From the IMG/VR virus record IMGVR_UViG_3300028603_000001, positions 96,001 to 160,000 of that record: 64,000 bases of DNA; one strand, written 5' to 3'. A program made the translations under genes and the position numbers. The notes beneath the pieces are model-generated. The model saw nothing but the letters and a program-made list of their open reading frames with translations, was not told where the DNA came from and ran no database searches. Positions within the stretch are counted from its first letter, which is position 1, and every line of letters begins with the position of its first letter. Below are positions 9,059 to 20,097 of the stretch, one piece after another. The stretch is from a virus (taxonomy: Duplodnaviria; Caudoviricetes).

Positions 9059-9802
9059 ATGCTTATTGACTTATTAAACTCGTCTAATTATATAATGGTT
9101 AATATGGAAGCTATTCGCATTTTTGGATTAAACACAGCAGTATATTGTTCAGAATTATTGAATATATATAAAAAAGCTGTAACTAAAAATAAATTATATA
9201 ATGAAAACTACTTTAAAATTGATAGGGACTATATTAAAAAACAGACTTCACTAGAAATTGAAGATCAACTGAAATGTGATGCTAATTTACGCAAAGTTAA
9301 TATAATACAACCAGATGAAACAAATCCAGATATTATTTATTTTGATGTTGAGATTTACGCTTCTTTATTATCAAGCGAAGATGTTAAATTATTAGACAAA
9401 GTTTCAGCTAAAGTAAAAGTTGAAAACCCTAAAAACATAAAACAAGTACAGCGAGATAGAATTATTATCGCGTTAAAAGAATCTATCAGGTGTAAGACTG
9501 TCCCTGTGATGCAAAAACTTCAAGAGTGGATTGATTCTATTATGGCAGATCCTAATAAATATCTATCCAAACAGCAAGTTTCTGCTTTTAAAGACACTTT
9601 AGATGATTATTGTAATGGAGATTTACAGAAAGCTTTAGATATTATTAACATCGCTATGATACAGGGGTATATCAACTGTCAATGGGCTATTAATCTTTAT
9701 GAAAGGGATAATAAACCACGCATGTCCTCTAACCCGTCTGTAGGTGCGGTACGAGTAACACAGCAGAAAAAAACAACATCATTGGGAACAGAAGAATTTT
9801 AA
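9059..9802 (+). CDS. Putative replication initiator / winged-helix protein
   Basis: N-terminus LLNSSNYIMVNMEAIRIFGLNTAVYCSELL resembles phage replisome-organizer domains. Confidence 0.45.
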   Translation: MLIDLLNSSNYIMVNMEAIRIFGLNTAVYCSELLNIYKKAVTKNKLYNENYFKIDRDYIKKQTSLEIEDQLKCDANLRKVNIIQPDETNPDIIYFDVEIYASLLSSEDVKLLDKVSAKVKVENPKNIKQVQRDRIIIALKESIRCKTVPVMQKLQEWIDSIMADPNKYLSKQQVSAFKDTLDDYCNGDLQKALDIINIAMIQGYINCQWAINLYERDNKPRMSSNPSVGAVRVTQQKKTTSLGTEEF

Positions 9803-9860
9803 AATAAACATAAATATTGATTATAACTACATTTGAGCTATGAAAAGGAGATTATAGAAG

Positions 9861-10139
9861 ATGGCTAAAAAAACAACGATAAGATGCCCTCACTGCAACG
9901 CAGAATATTTACCAGCGGAGATATATTACCCAAACGAATTTTTAGGTAAACCTTTTAACATCATTAAAGATGGTGCAGGAAATATTCTAGGGTATAATGG
10001 GGATGATATGAATACAGAAGAAACATATAGATGCGATAATTGTGATAAACCTTTTAATATAGATGCTTCGGTTACTTTCAGAACAACATCAGCTATAGAT
10101 ATTTTTGAGGAAGATGAGTTTGACATTCCTGAAAAATAA
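9861..10139 (+). CDS. Zinc-ribbon protein
   Basis: CPHC...CDNC. Confidence 0.6.
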   Translation: MAKKTTIRCPHCNAEYLPAEIYYPNEFLGKPFNIIKDGAGNILGYNGDDMNTEETYRCDNCDKPFNIDASVTFRTTSAIDIFEEDEFDIPEK

Positions 10140-10153
10140 GGAAGGAAAAACTA

Positions 10154-11158
10154 ATGATTAGAATAAAAGAAGACAAGTGTTTAAAACTGTCGGGGATAAC
10201 ATCATTATTTATATCTTTTGATTTTAATCTGAAAGTTATTGAAGTTATAAAATCAACAGATAAGTACGATTATAATAAAAAAACACATACATGGGAAGTT
10301 CCAATAACATCACTTGCTTATCTTTTAGATGAATTAACTTATATTGATGATATTGAGCTGCAGTTATATAATGAAACAGATAGTAAAGAACATTACTATC
10401 CAACATTGAATTATAAAATTCCACCTTTTAAGCACCAACTAGAAGGCATCGAATGGGGATTAAACATAAAAAAGGGGTTATTATTAGATGAGCCTGGAGC
10501 TGGAAAAACAACACAGATGATTTATTTAGCTGAAGAATTGAAAGCACAAAAAGGATTAGAACATTGTTTAATTATTTGTGGTATTAACGCTTTAAAATCA
10601 AACTGGAAAAAAGAAATAAATAAATTTTCTAGTTTATCTTGCAGAGTTTTAGGTGAAAAAGTAAATTCCAAAGGTAAAATTTCTTATTCAACAGTTAAGG
10701 AAAGGGTTCAAGAATTATTATCTCCAATAGATGCTTTTTTTGTCATCATCAATATAGAGACAATCAGATCAGATGAGGTTATCAAAGCAATAAAAAATGG
10801 TCCTAATAAGTTTGAAATGATAGTTGTTGATGAAGTACATAAGTGTTTTTCTGGTGATACATTAATAGCTACCGATAAAGGAAGTTTAAAAATAAAAGAT
10901 ATTGTTGAAAATAAATTAATGTGTAAAATTAAATCATATAATATCGACACTAATAAAGAAGAATATAAAGATATAGATATTTACTCATTATATAAATCTG
11001 AAAATGAAGAATCATTAATTCAATTAGAGATATTAGATGATAATAATAAGATACATATAATTAAATGTACGTTAGACCATCCAATATACACATTAAACAG
11101 AGGTTATGTAAAAGCTGAAAATTTACTAGAAACTGATGATATTTTAATCAATAATTAA
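10154..11158 (+). CDS. SNF2/DEAH helicase N-terminal half fused to split intein N-part
   Basis: Walker A DEPGAGKT, Walker B DEVHK, then CFSGDTLIAT (intein block A) and CTLDHPIYT (block B). Confidence 0.92.
   Translation: MIRIKEDKCLKLSGITSLFISFDFNLKVIEVIKSTDKYDYNKKTHTWEVPITSLAYLLDELTYIDDIELQLYNETDSKEHYYPTLNYKIPPFKHQLEGIEWGLNIKKGLLLDEPGAGKTTQMIYLAEELKAQKGLEHCLIICGINALKSNWKKEINKFSSLSCRVLGEKVNSKGKISYSTVKERVQELLSPIDAFFVIINIETIRSDEVIKAIKNGPNKFEMIVVDEVHKCFSGDTLIATDKGSLKIKDIVENKLMCKIKSYNIDTNKEEYKDIDIYSLYKSENEESLIQLEILDDNNKIHIIKCTLDHPIYTLNRGYVKAENLLETDDILINN
10844..11155 (+). mobile_element. Split intein N-fragment (104 aa)
   Basis: Cys1 block A, TxDH block B, RGYVKAENL, then stop. Confidence 0.92.
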
Positions 11159-11205
11159 TTGCTAAATTAGGTGTAAAAGTACACCGAAACAACAAGGAGT
11201 TAATT

Positions 11206-12324
11206 ATGAAAAAAATTTATAAGATAGTAAATACAGTAAATGATAAGATCTATATTGGAAAAACAATTAAAAAACTAGAAGATCGATTTAATGCTCATTT
11301 ATATGAAGCTAAAAGGTATGCAAAATGCTGCTTAGAAAAGAAATCATTTGGATATAATAGCTTGTTATATCCCGCTATGATAAAATACGGATGTGAAAAT
11401 TTTAAAATAGAATTAATTTCAGATTTTCCAGATGATGTTAATTTAGAAAATCTAGAAATTGAATATATAAAAAAATTTAATACGTGTGACCCAAATATTG
11501 GTTACAATATAAGCCCTGGAGGATTAGGTGGACCTTTATTTAAAGGACATATTCATTCAGATAAAGTGCGAAAACTAGCAAGCTTAAGGACTAAAGGTAT
11601 ACCACAATCTAAAGAATTTGTCGAAAAAAGAGTTCATAAACATAGAAAAAGATATCAAAATCTAAATACCGGAGAGATTTTCGAAGGTGCGAAAGCTGCT
11701 GAACAGGTTTATGGCGGGAGTATATATTATGCTGTAAAATATAATGGTAAGGCTAATGGTTATTTTTGGATAATGCTTGATGATAATCATTTCAATGGTT
11801 ATGATGAAATCGAAAGGTCAGAAATAGTAGCAATTCGGGAACAAGACTTACATAAAAGACGAGTTGAAGCTGTAATGAAGGGGAAACAAACCCAATCAGA
11901 AGAAGCAAAAAAGAAAGCTATAGAAAAAAGAGTCTTAACCTATAAAGAGAGAGCTTCTAATAGAACAAGAGAAGAAAAACTTAGGATAGCTAGAAATATT
12001 TCTCAAAGCCTAAAAGGTAAAAAACATTCACCAGAACGAATTCAAAAATTAAAAGATTATTATAAAACAGCACCTATAGAAGAATTAGAATTAAGATGGA
12101 AACGTAATGGTGATGGTCAAAGAGGTAAAAAACGTTATGAAAATGTAGATACTGGTAAACATAAAATGTTTATTCCAGGGCAACAACCAGAAGGATGGGT
12201 GAGGGTAATATCAAAACCAAAACCTAGGGGAAAGAGAAAATTTACAAATAAAATAACAGGTGAACATAAAATGTTTTTTCCTGAAGATGTTGATACTAAT
12301 TTATGGGAAAGGACTAGAAAATAA
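11206..12324 (+). mobile_element. GIY-YIG homing endonuclease with NUMOD3-like repeats between the intein halves
   Basis: KIYKIVNTVNDKIYIGKT, GYNISPGG, GHIHSDKVR and KGKKHSPE. Confidence 0.9.
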
Positions 12325-13415
12325 TGCTTGGAAAATTAATTAAAAAAGAAAAGCTTTTCGATAAAGAGATAGTTTATAATATTGGTGTTGCTGATAATGA
12401 TAATTATTTTGCAAATAACATATTAGTTCACAACTGTAAAAATAAATCTAGCCAGCAAGGTGATAATCTGCTTAAATTAACCGCTGATTACACTATAGGC
12501 TTAAGCGGTACTTTGATTTTAAATAATCCGATTGATGCCTTTGTTCCTTTAAAGTGGATTGGAGCAGAAAAATCTAATTTAACTAATTTTAAAGGAACTT
12601 ATTGCGTATATGGGGGATTTGGAAACAGAGAGATAATTGGGTATAAGAACTTAGATATATTAAAAGAAGTTCTACAAAAATACTCATTAAGAAGAACAAA
12701 ATCTGAATTTGCTGATTTACCTCCTAAAACAATTATTCGAGAAACTTTGGAAATGGACGCTTCTCATAAAAAGTTTTATGAAGATGTAAAAGCAGGAATT
12801 AAATCTGAGTGTGACAAAATAGAATTAAAAGCTGGAAATCTTTTATCATTAACCACGAGGTTAAGGCAAGCAACTAGCTGTCCATCTGAATTAACATCTT
12901 CTAATATAAAATCAGTTAAACTTGAACGCGCTGTTGAATTAGTAAGAGAAATTATTAGTAACGGAGATAAAGTCTTAGTGATGTCGATGTTTAAAGCTCC
13001 TATCTATGAACTCAGTAAGCTATTAGCTGAATATAAACCACTTATAGGAACTGGAGATCTTTCAGATGATGATGTATCTAAGAATAATGATTTATTTCAA
13101 GAAGATCCTAACTATAAAGTATTCTTAGGGACAGTTCAAAAAATAGGTACTGGGTTGACTTTTAATGCCGCTAATTATGCGATATTTATTGATTGTGCTT
13201 GGACAGCTGGTATGCAAGTACAATATGAAGATAGAATACACAGATTTGGAAGCACAAAACCAGTGTTTATTTATAGATTAATCTGTGAAAACACCTTTGA
13301 TGAAATTGTTGAAGAGATATTAGAAACAAAAAAAGCTTTCAGTGATTTCTTGATAGATGATGTTATTGATGAATCAACAATTCAAATACTGAGAAAATAT
13401 ATAGAAGATTTATAA
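12324..13415 (+). CDS. Split intein C-part (12324-12434) fused to SNF2 helicase C-terminal half
   Basis: VYNIGVADNDNYFANNILVHN|C, then LSGTLILN, LRRTK, GTGLTF and QYEDRIHRFG helicase motifs. Confidence 0.92.
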   Translation: MLGKLIKKEKLFDKEIVYNIGVADNDNYFANNILVHNCKNKSSQQGDNLLKLTADYTIGLSGTLILNNPIDAFVPLKWIGAEKSNLTNFKGTYCVYGGFGNREIIGYKNLDILKEVLQKYSLRRTKSEFADLPPKTIIRETLEMDASHKKFYEDVKAGIKSECDKIELKAGNLLSLTTRLRQATSCPSELTSSNIKSVKLERAVELVREIISNGDKVLVMSMFKAPIYELSKLLAEYKPLIGTGDLSDDDVSKNNDLFQEDPNYKVFLGTVQKIGTGLTFNAANYAIFIDCAWTAGMQVQYEDRIHRFGSTKPVFIYRLICENTFDEIVEEILETKKAFSDFLIDDVIDESTIQILRKYIEDL

Positions 13416-13557
13416 GATAACCCTAACCGCTAAATTAAGTGCATAAATCTAATATAGAAACAAGCCAAGATGGAATCATATGCTGTAATGTTTTCATCTT
13501 ATATTTTTTATATTAGTAAAAAATATAATTAATTAAATAATAAGAAGGAGAAGAATA

Positions 13558-13758
13558 ATGGAAGTGATATTATTTACAACACATTGCCCTAAATGCCGAG
13601 TGTTGACTATGAAATTAGAAGAGAAGAAAATAAAATATGAAACTAGAACAGATGTTGATGAAATGATTGAATTAGGAATAATGTCTGCACCTATGCTTAA
13701 AGTAAATGGAAAATTCTTTGATTTTTCAGCAGCCATGAATTGGATAAAGGAGCAGTAG
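13558..13758 (+). CDS. Glutaredoxin/NrdH-like redoxin
   Basis: CPKC and SAPMLKVNG. Confidence 0.8.
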   Translation: MEVILFTTHCPKCRVLTMKLEEKKIKYETRTDVDEMIELGIMSAPMLKVNGKFFDFSAAMNWIKEQ

Positions 13759-13762
13759 AAAG

Positions 13763-15730
13763 ATGTTAATTTCATTGAAACTTACTAAAGATTTTGAAAA
13801 CTGTTTGGAAGATTTAAAAAAAGAATTTGGAGAAGATTTTGAGTATATAAACGGCGTACATTCAAGTCAGTTAGATTTTTCAGAATTCTTAAATAACTTT
13901 GTAGATAAAGACACTATGGCTGATGCAACTATCGACCCAAATTCTAACGCTAATCATAAAGACATCAGATCGTTTATGACTGAAAAAGCTAAATCAGAAG
14001 ATAAATTATTTGGGTTAAATAAAATATTTTTAACGATCAAAAAAATGTGGGGTTTAAAAACTGCAAAACAGTGGTTAAGACAAGAATTCAGTAAAGGTTT
14101 CTACCTTAATGATTCTGCATCAGCTAGTTATTACCCATATTGCTGGTCAAATGATCTTACCAAACTAGCGACTGAGGGGTTATTTTTCTTAAAAAACTAT
14201 AATAATAAAGCTCCAAAACATTTAACAACGTATTTTGATGATGTTATTGAATTTGTTTCTTTTTTAAGTAACAGACAGTCTGGAGCTGTTGGTTTACCGA
14301 ATGTTTTAATTTGGGCTTATTATTTCTGGAAAAAAGATGTTGAGGATAATTATTACACTAGAGATCCACAAACTTATCTAAGACAAAATCTTCAGAAATT
14401 TATATATAGATTAAATCAACCTTTTTTAAGAATTGATCAATGTGCTTTTACCAATGTTTCTATTTTTGATAGACGTTATTTAGAAGCTTTATTTGGAGGT
14501 GTTATATTTCCAGATGGAACGTTAGTTGTAGATTGCATAGAGGGATTGATTGAAATTCAAAAGATATTTATGGAAGTTGTAAGTGATATTAGAGAAGAAC
14601 AAATGTTTACGTTCCCAATCTTGACTTTTTCTTTATTATATAGCGATGGAACGTTCCAAGACGAAGAATTTGCTAAGTGGGCAAGTACACATAATATGAA
14701 ATGGTCAGACAGTAACTTCTTTATCTCAGATAACGTTGGGGTATTATCAAATTGTTGTCGTTTATTATCAGATACAGCAAAAGTAAACAAATTGGGTGGC
14801 TTTGTAAACAGTATTGGTGGAACAGCTTTATCAATAGGTTCTTGCCGTGTTTCTACTATAAACTTAGTAAGAATAGCTTATGAATCTTTAAATTATGGCT
14901 CACCTAAAAAAGAACCTTCTAAAGAAAAGGCTAAAGAAAATTATCTAAACATTTTACGTGATAGAACGCTATTAAATTGTAAAGCTTTAGCTTCAATGCG
15001 CCATATTTTAAAAAGAAATATAGAAAAAGGGTTACTTCCAAACTACCAAGAAGGAGCAGTTGAATTAGATAAACAGTACTGCACGATTGGAATTTTGGGT
15101 ATGTATGAGGTTATGGATATATTTGGTCTTATTAGCACTGATGAGTTTGGGAATAAATATTATACTGATGAGGCTATAGATTTTGCAAGTAATATATTTT
15201 ATATTTTAAATGAGGTTAAGGATAACTTCGAATGTGATTTTACCTTTAATATAGAAGCTATACCAGCAGAAAACTGTGCAGGAGTTATTTGTTCGGCTGA
15301 TAATTTAATATATGAGCAAAATAAATATTTCATATATAGTAATCAATGGATACCTTTAATGGAAAAATGTACCATCCAAGAAAAATGTAAAGTTAGTTCT
15401 ATATTAGACGCTAAATGCTCTGGTGGTGCGATAGCTCATATAAATATTGAGAGTAAGTTTGCAACTGAAGAGCAGGCATGGGATATGTTAACTTATGTTG
15501 CAAGTAAAGGTGTTATTTATTCAGCTTTTACAACAAAAATAAATGTTTGTAAATATAGACACGCTTTTATTGGTTATTCTTCTTGTCCTGATTGTGGGGA
15601 ACCTGTGGTTGATCAATATTCTCGCGTTGTGGGTTTTTACGTACCAGTTTCTAGCTATCAAAAAATAAGAAAAAGAGAATTTAATGTAAGAAAGTGGTAT
15701 AACACGCTTAATAGACCTGAGGTAATGTAA
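13763..15730 (+). CDS. nrdD: Anaerobic (class III) ribonucleotide reductase, no ATP cone
   Basis: QSGA, SNCCRL, IPAE, SGGAIAHIN, Zn site CPDCG, glycyl-radical loop SRVVGF. Confidence 0.93.
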   Translation: MLISLKLTKDFENCLEDLKKEFGEDFEYINGVHSSQLDFSEFLNNFVDKDTMADATIDPNSNANHKDIRSFMTEKAKSEDKLFGLNKIFLTIKKMWGLKTAKQWLRQEFSKGFYLNDSASASYYPYCWSNDLTKLATEGLFFLKNYNNKAPKHLTTYFDDVIEFVSFLSNRQSGAVGLPNVLIWAYYFWKKDVEDNYYTRDPQTYLRQNLQKFIYRLNQPFLRIDQCAFTNVSIFDRRYLEALFGGVIFPDGTLVVDCIEGLIEIQKIFMEVVSDIREEQMFTFPILTFSLLYSDGTFQDEEFAKWASTHNMKWSDSNFFISDNVGVLSNCCRLLSDTAKVNKLGGFVNSIGGTALSIGSCRVSTINLVRIAYESLNYGSPKKEPSKEKAKENYLNILRDRTLLNCKALASMRHILKRNIEKGLLPNYQEGAVELDKQYCTIGILGMYEVMDIFGLISTDEFGNKYYTDEAIDFASNIFYILNEVKDNFECDFTFNIEAIPAENCAGVICSADNLIYEQNKYFIYSNQWIPLMEKCTIQEKCKVSSILDAKCSGGAIAHINIESKFATEEQAWDMLTYVASKGVIYSAFTTKINVCKYRHAFIGYSSCPDCGEPVVDQYSRVVGFYVPVSSYQKIRKREFNVRKWYNTLNRPEVM

Positions 15731-15733
15731 TAA

Positions 15734-16213
15734 ATGATTTTAAAGAATATTATTGCAGAAGATTTTACTAATTATCATAAAGCCAGTATGTGGTTAATAT
15801 TTCCTTATTGTGATTTTAAATGTGATAAAGAGCAAGGTATAAAAATATGTCAAAATAGTTCTTTATCGCAATCTGCTAATATAAAAATATCAGTTGATTC
15901 TATAATTGAAAAATATCTAAATAATACAATAACAAAAGCTGTAGTTTGCGGGGGTTTAGAGCCTATGGATAGTTTCAATGATTTATTTGAGTTTGTATAT
16001 AAATTAAGAACTACGTATAATTGTGATGATGATATTATAATATATACCGGTTACTATAAAGAAAAAATCTTAGATAAAATAGCAGATCTAAAAAACTTTA
16101 ATAATATAATAATCAAGTTTGGAAGATATATTCCGAATCAAAAACCACATTTTGATCCGATTTTGAAAATAGAGTTAGCTAGCGATAATCAGTATGCAGA
16201 AAGAATCTCTTAG
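15734..16213 (+). CDS. nrdG: Anaerobic RNR activating radical-SAM protein
   Basis: CDFKC...CQN, GGLEP, IYTGY and LASDNQ; follows nrdD. Confidence 0.88.
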   Translation: MILKNIIAEDFTNYHKASMWLIFPYCDFKCDKEQGIKICQNSSLSQSANIKISVDSIIEKYLNNTITKAVVCGGLEPMDSFNDLFEFVYKLRTTYNCDDDIIIYTGYYKEKILDKIADLKNFNNIIIKFGRYIPNQKPHFDPILKIELASDNQYAERIS

Positions 16214-16347
16214 ATGCAAGTACTCTTCTTGTGTAAAAGAAATGAGTGATAATAATAATTGGAGGATTAATTAATGCTCCAATTTTTTATTTAATTGAAG
16301 AAAATTGTATATTATTATATATAAGTATAAAAATTAGGAGGCTTTTA

Positions 16348-18204
16348 ATGTCGAATTATAATGCAGAAAATATAAAAATATTAGGTGATATAGATCATAT
16401 AAGATTAAGGAAAGGTGTATATATTGGAGAAGCATCTGATCCTAGACAATTGTTATCTGAAATATTTGATAATGCAATTGATGAAGTACAATCAGGCCAT
16501 AGCCCAAAACTGCAAGTAACCATAGACACAAAATTAAACAAATACATGGTTAGAGATTGGGGTAGAGGAATCCCGCACGGTGAGAAGGTTTTAGAAAATG
16601 GTCAGAAAAAAGAAGTGTTAGAAGTATTAATTACAAAAGCTAATAGCGGTGGGAAGTTTGATAATTCTAGTTACAATTACAGTAGTGGTTTAAATGGTTT
16701 AGGATTAACTATCACAAACGCTTTGTCTAATTATATGTCAATAACATCTTTCAGATCAAGAAAATTTGTAAGAGTTGAAGCTGGTCATTCTTCAAATGTA
16801 ACGCTAACAAAAGGCGATTCTAATGAATTAGATGGAACTGTTGTTGAATTCATTCCTGATAAGACTATGTTTAAATCAGCAATTATCCCACTAGATTTTA
16901 TCAGCAATAGATGTAAGATAGCTTCAGCTTTAGGGTTTCAAGCTGATTTAGTCGTTGATGGTAAAAAAATAAATATTGATAGCGATATATTTGGATTAAT
17001 TACAGAAGAAGATGATAAAATTGTTTCTTATGTTGATATCCCTGAAATAAGTGCGACAAATAAGACTAAAGAATTGATGAAAGTAGCTTTAAGATACTCT
17101 TCTGATACCAAAGATCGATATTTTGGATATACGAATTTATTATCTAATTACCTAGGTGGAACGCATGTTCAGGTGCTATCAAAAACATTATGTAACTGTT
17201 GGGAAACATTTATAAATAAACATAAAAAATTAACTCCATCTGTTAACTTAAAGACATCTGATTATCTAGTTGGATTAAGAGCTGTCTGCGCAGTGTTTAT
17301 AAGCACACCTGAATTTTCATCACAGACAAAAGAAAAACTAGTTGTTAATAAAAATTATTTTGATGATTTGATGGCAAGTTTTAGCAAGATGTTTTTAAAA
17401 TATTTAGAATCTAATATCTTAATAGCACAACAACTGTTAAAAAGGTTTGAAGAATACAGAATAGCTCAAAATACGCTTTTATCTAGAAAAGAAATTAGCA
17501 GTTTAATTAAAATAAATGAAGATACTTCTGATAATATACGACGAAGATCTGTTGTAAGTAAATTAGTTGAATGTACATCTAAAAAAAGAGAGGGTACTGA
17601 ATTATTCATTGTTGAAGGTGATAGTGCTATGGGACCTTACCTATATGTTCGAGATAAAGAAACACAAGCTATACTCCCAATCAGGGGAAAAATTTTAAAC
17701 ACAACATATAAGGATTTAAAAGAAATTATTAAGAATAAAGAAGTTTGTGATATAGCTAACAGTATTGGATGCGGTATTGGTGCAAACTGTGATGCTAATA
17801 AATCTAGGTATGATAAAATAATTATTTCAGCTGATGCAGATCCAGATGGTTTACAAATAAATTGTTTAGTTTTGGCGCTATTTGTAAATATGTTTCCAGA
17901 TATGATTAAACAAGGAAGAGTTTATATTTCAATTCCACCTTTATATAGCTGGGGAGATAATCCTAAAAATTATGGTTGGACAAACAAAGTAGAAAATATC
18001 CCAAAAGGTGTTAAAGTGGGGAGATTTAAGGGGCTCGGAAGTATGAACCCTGACCAGCTCTATTATTATCTAGTTGACCCAAAAACAAGAAATGTGTTGC
18101 AAATTGAATATCCTTCTGATATTGAAGAATTTAATCGTATTTTAGGAACATCAGCCGGAAAAGGTAATTTATTAAGAGAGGTAGGTATTGTTATAAATGG
18201 GTAA
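16348..18204 (+). CDS. gyrB: Type IIA topoisomerase subunit B (GyrB/ParE-like)
   Basis: EIFDNAIDE, DWGRGIP, GGKF, GGTH, VEGDSA, PIRGKILN, DADPDG and RFKGLG. Start moved to ATG 16348 (SD AGGAGG). Confidence 0.93.
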   Translation: MSNYNAENIKILGDIDHIRLRKGVYIGEASDPRQLLSEIFDNAIDEVQSGHSPKLQVTIDTKLNKYMVRDWGRGIPHGEKVLENGQKKEVLEVLITKANSGGKFDNSSYNYSSGLNGLGLTITNALSNYMSITSFRSRKFVRVEAGHSSNVTLTKGDSNELDGTVVEFIPDKTMFKSAIIPLDFISNRCKIASALGFQADLVVDGKKINIDSDIFGLITEEDDKIVSYVDIPEISATNKTKELMKVALRYSSDTKDRYFGYTNLLSNYLGGTHVQVLSKTLCNCWETFINKHKKLTPSVNLKTSDYLVGLRAVCAVFISTPEFSSQTKEKLVVNKNYFDDLMASFSKMFLKYLESNILIAQQLLKRFEEYRIAQNTLLSRKEISSLIKINEDTSDNIRRRSVVSKLVECTSKKREGTELFIVEGDSAMGPYLYVRDKETQAILPIRGKILNTTYKDLKEIIKNKEVCDIANSIGCGIGANCDANKSRYDKIIISADADPDGLQINCLVLALFVNMFPDMIKQGRVYISIPPLYSWGDNPKNYGWTNKVENIPKGVKVGRFKGLGSMNPDQLYYYLVDPKTRNVLQIEYPSDIEEFNRILGTSAGKGNLLREVGIVING

Positions 18205-18493
18205 AAAAATGAAAATGGATCTTGAACATCTTTTATTTATGCAAGCTAAGTATATAATGGAACCCAAATATGAGGCTATTGTTAATGAAGAGGAATGGTT
18301 TGAACCTGGACCTTTGTATAAATCTCTTGGTTTTGTTTCTTTAAGATATGGCAAATATGATAAGCATAAACTTGATGGAAAAAACGAAGATGGAAGTATT
18401 ATTTATGGAATCTATCCAGTTAAAATATCGTTAGCTACTGCAGATGAAGTTTTATGTGATAAAAGCAAAGCAGAGGTAAGCATAAATGGCTAA
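18197..18493 (+). CDS. Hypothetical protein inserted between topoisomerase subunits
   Basis: Overlaps both neighbours by 8 nt. Confidence 0.6.
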   Translation: MGKKMKMDLEHLLFMQAKYIMEPKYEAIVNEEEWFEPGPLYKSLGFVSLRYGKYDKHKLDGKNEDGSIIYGIYPVKISLATADEVLCDKSKAEVSING

Positions 18494-19976
18494 AAAACAC
18501 AAAGAGGAAAATATTGTTAATTTGTTTGATAGTTATGAAATAGATGAACCAATAAGAAAAAATAATAAAGAAATAAAAGAAGAACCAAAAACAAAAGATG
18601 CTCTAGAATTAGCTAGAGAAAATTATAAAGAATATGGAATATATGTTGGTTCAGGAAGAGCTTATCCACAGTTATTAGATGGTGCTAAGTCTAGCTATAA
18701 AAGAGCTATTTATGGAATGTGGAAAGATGCTCCTAGAAGAGTTGCTAAAGTAGCAGAATTAGCTGCAACAGCACTTCCCTACCACCCACATCCAACCTCA
18801 GTGGCTAATGTAATAATTCAATTAGGTGAAAATGGTAATAAATTCAAATTTATGCATACTCAAGGGAATTGGGGCGATTCTTCAAAAAAGATAGCAGCTT
18901 CTGCTGAAAGATATATTGGTGGTATGTTGTCTGATACAGCTATAATGTTACTTTGTGATAGCATTGAGTATTGTAATTTTATCACAGGTGAGATTGATAA
19001 ACCAGAACCAGAGGCTTTACCAACGCTTCTACCCATATGTTTTATAAATGGACAACAAGGTATTCCATCTGGTTTGCCTAAATTAAATATACCTCCATTA
19101 GATGTGGCAAATATGTTTGATTATTATATTGATATTTTAGAACACAAAAATTTGAATTATGTCCCAAATAAACTGCCTATCCCAAATCTAAACGTTAACA
19201 TATTATCAACAAAAGAAGAATGGGAAAATATATTAAAGACTGGTAATGGTAGTATTAGAATAGCTCCAATAATGAAATTTGAGGATAATATAATCACAAT
19301 AACTAATCTCCCAAAATCAAAAGATGTTGAAAGCATCCGCAAGATTATCGAAAAAGAAATACTTTTAGATAAGGTTGATCTGAGAGATGAGTCTACATAT
19401 GATACCAGGGTTGTCATTGAAAAAGTTTATAAGAAACAATGTGATATGAAAGAGCTTTATAATAGAATTTATAAAAAATTACAAACAACAGAAACTTACA
19501 ATTTAGCTTTTTTTGATATTAATCATATATATGTTCCTTGTAGTTTTGATAAAGTTGTTAAAAGCAATCTTAAATATTTAATAGATACGCATAACAGTAG
19601 ATTATCACATCAGCTAATTGATAATAACAAAAAACTAAGCGTCTTAGAAATTATTGAGCAATTAAAGAAAAAAAATAATTGGAAAGATATGTTTGACTTA
19701 TCCTTTAAAGATGCTATTAATTATTTGATAAATAATTTTAATTGTGATAAAGAAATTGCAGAAGAAGTTTTCAAAAAGCCTATTTCATATTTAACAAAAG
19801 GTCACGAAAAAGAAATTGAAGAATTAAGAAATATCATAAAAAACCTGAATACTGATAAACATGATATTTATGACATGCTTCTTAAAAAATATAAAGCATT
19901 AAAACCAAAAATGTTGAAAGAAATGAACAAAAATACAACATCTTTTATTAAAATAAATAAAACATTAAAAAAATAA
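18486..19976 (+). CDS. gyrA: Type IIA topoisomerase subunit A (no beta-pinwheel CTD)
   Basis: RAYPQLLDGAK, YHPH, QGNWG, catalytic AERY, EPEALP; only 496 aa. Confidence 0.9.
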   Translation: MAKKHKEENIVNLFDSYEIDEPIRKNNKEIKEEPKTKDALELARENYKEYGIYVGSGRAYPQLLDGAKSSYKRAIYGMWKDAPRRVAKVAELAATALPYHPHPTSVANVIIQLGENGNKFKFMHTQGNWGDSSKKIAASAERYIGGMLSDTAIMLLCDSIEYCNFITGEIDKPEPEALPTLLPICFINGQQGIPSGLPKLNIPPLDVANMFDYYIDILEHKNLNYVPNKLPIPNLNVNILSTKEEWENILKTGNGSIRIAPIMKFEDNIITITNLPKSKDVESIRKIIEKEILLDKVDLRDESTYDTRVVIEKVYKKQCDMKELYNRIYKKLQTTETYNLAFFDINHIYVPCSFDKVVKSNLKYLIDTHNSRLSHQLIDNNKKLSVLEIIEQLKKKNNWKDMFDLSFKDAINYLINNFNCDKEIAEEVFKKPISYLTKGHEKEIEELRNIIKNLNTDKHDIYDMLLKKYKALKPKMLKEMNKNTTSFIKINKTLKK

Positions 19977-20097
19977 TAGCTAAAATAAAAGTAGTATTAA
20001 ATGATAGAGTTAACATATTGTAAAATTTTTTAAATAAATAGAAGATATTTAACGATATCTTCTTTTTTTATTGTATATTATATTATGAATAAGTGAG

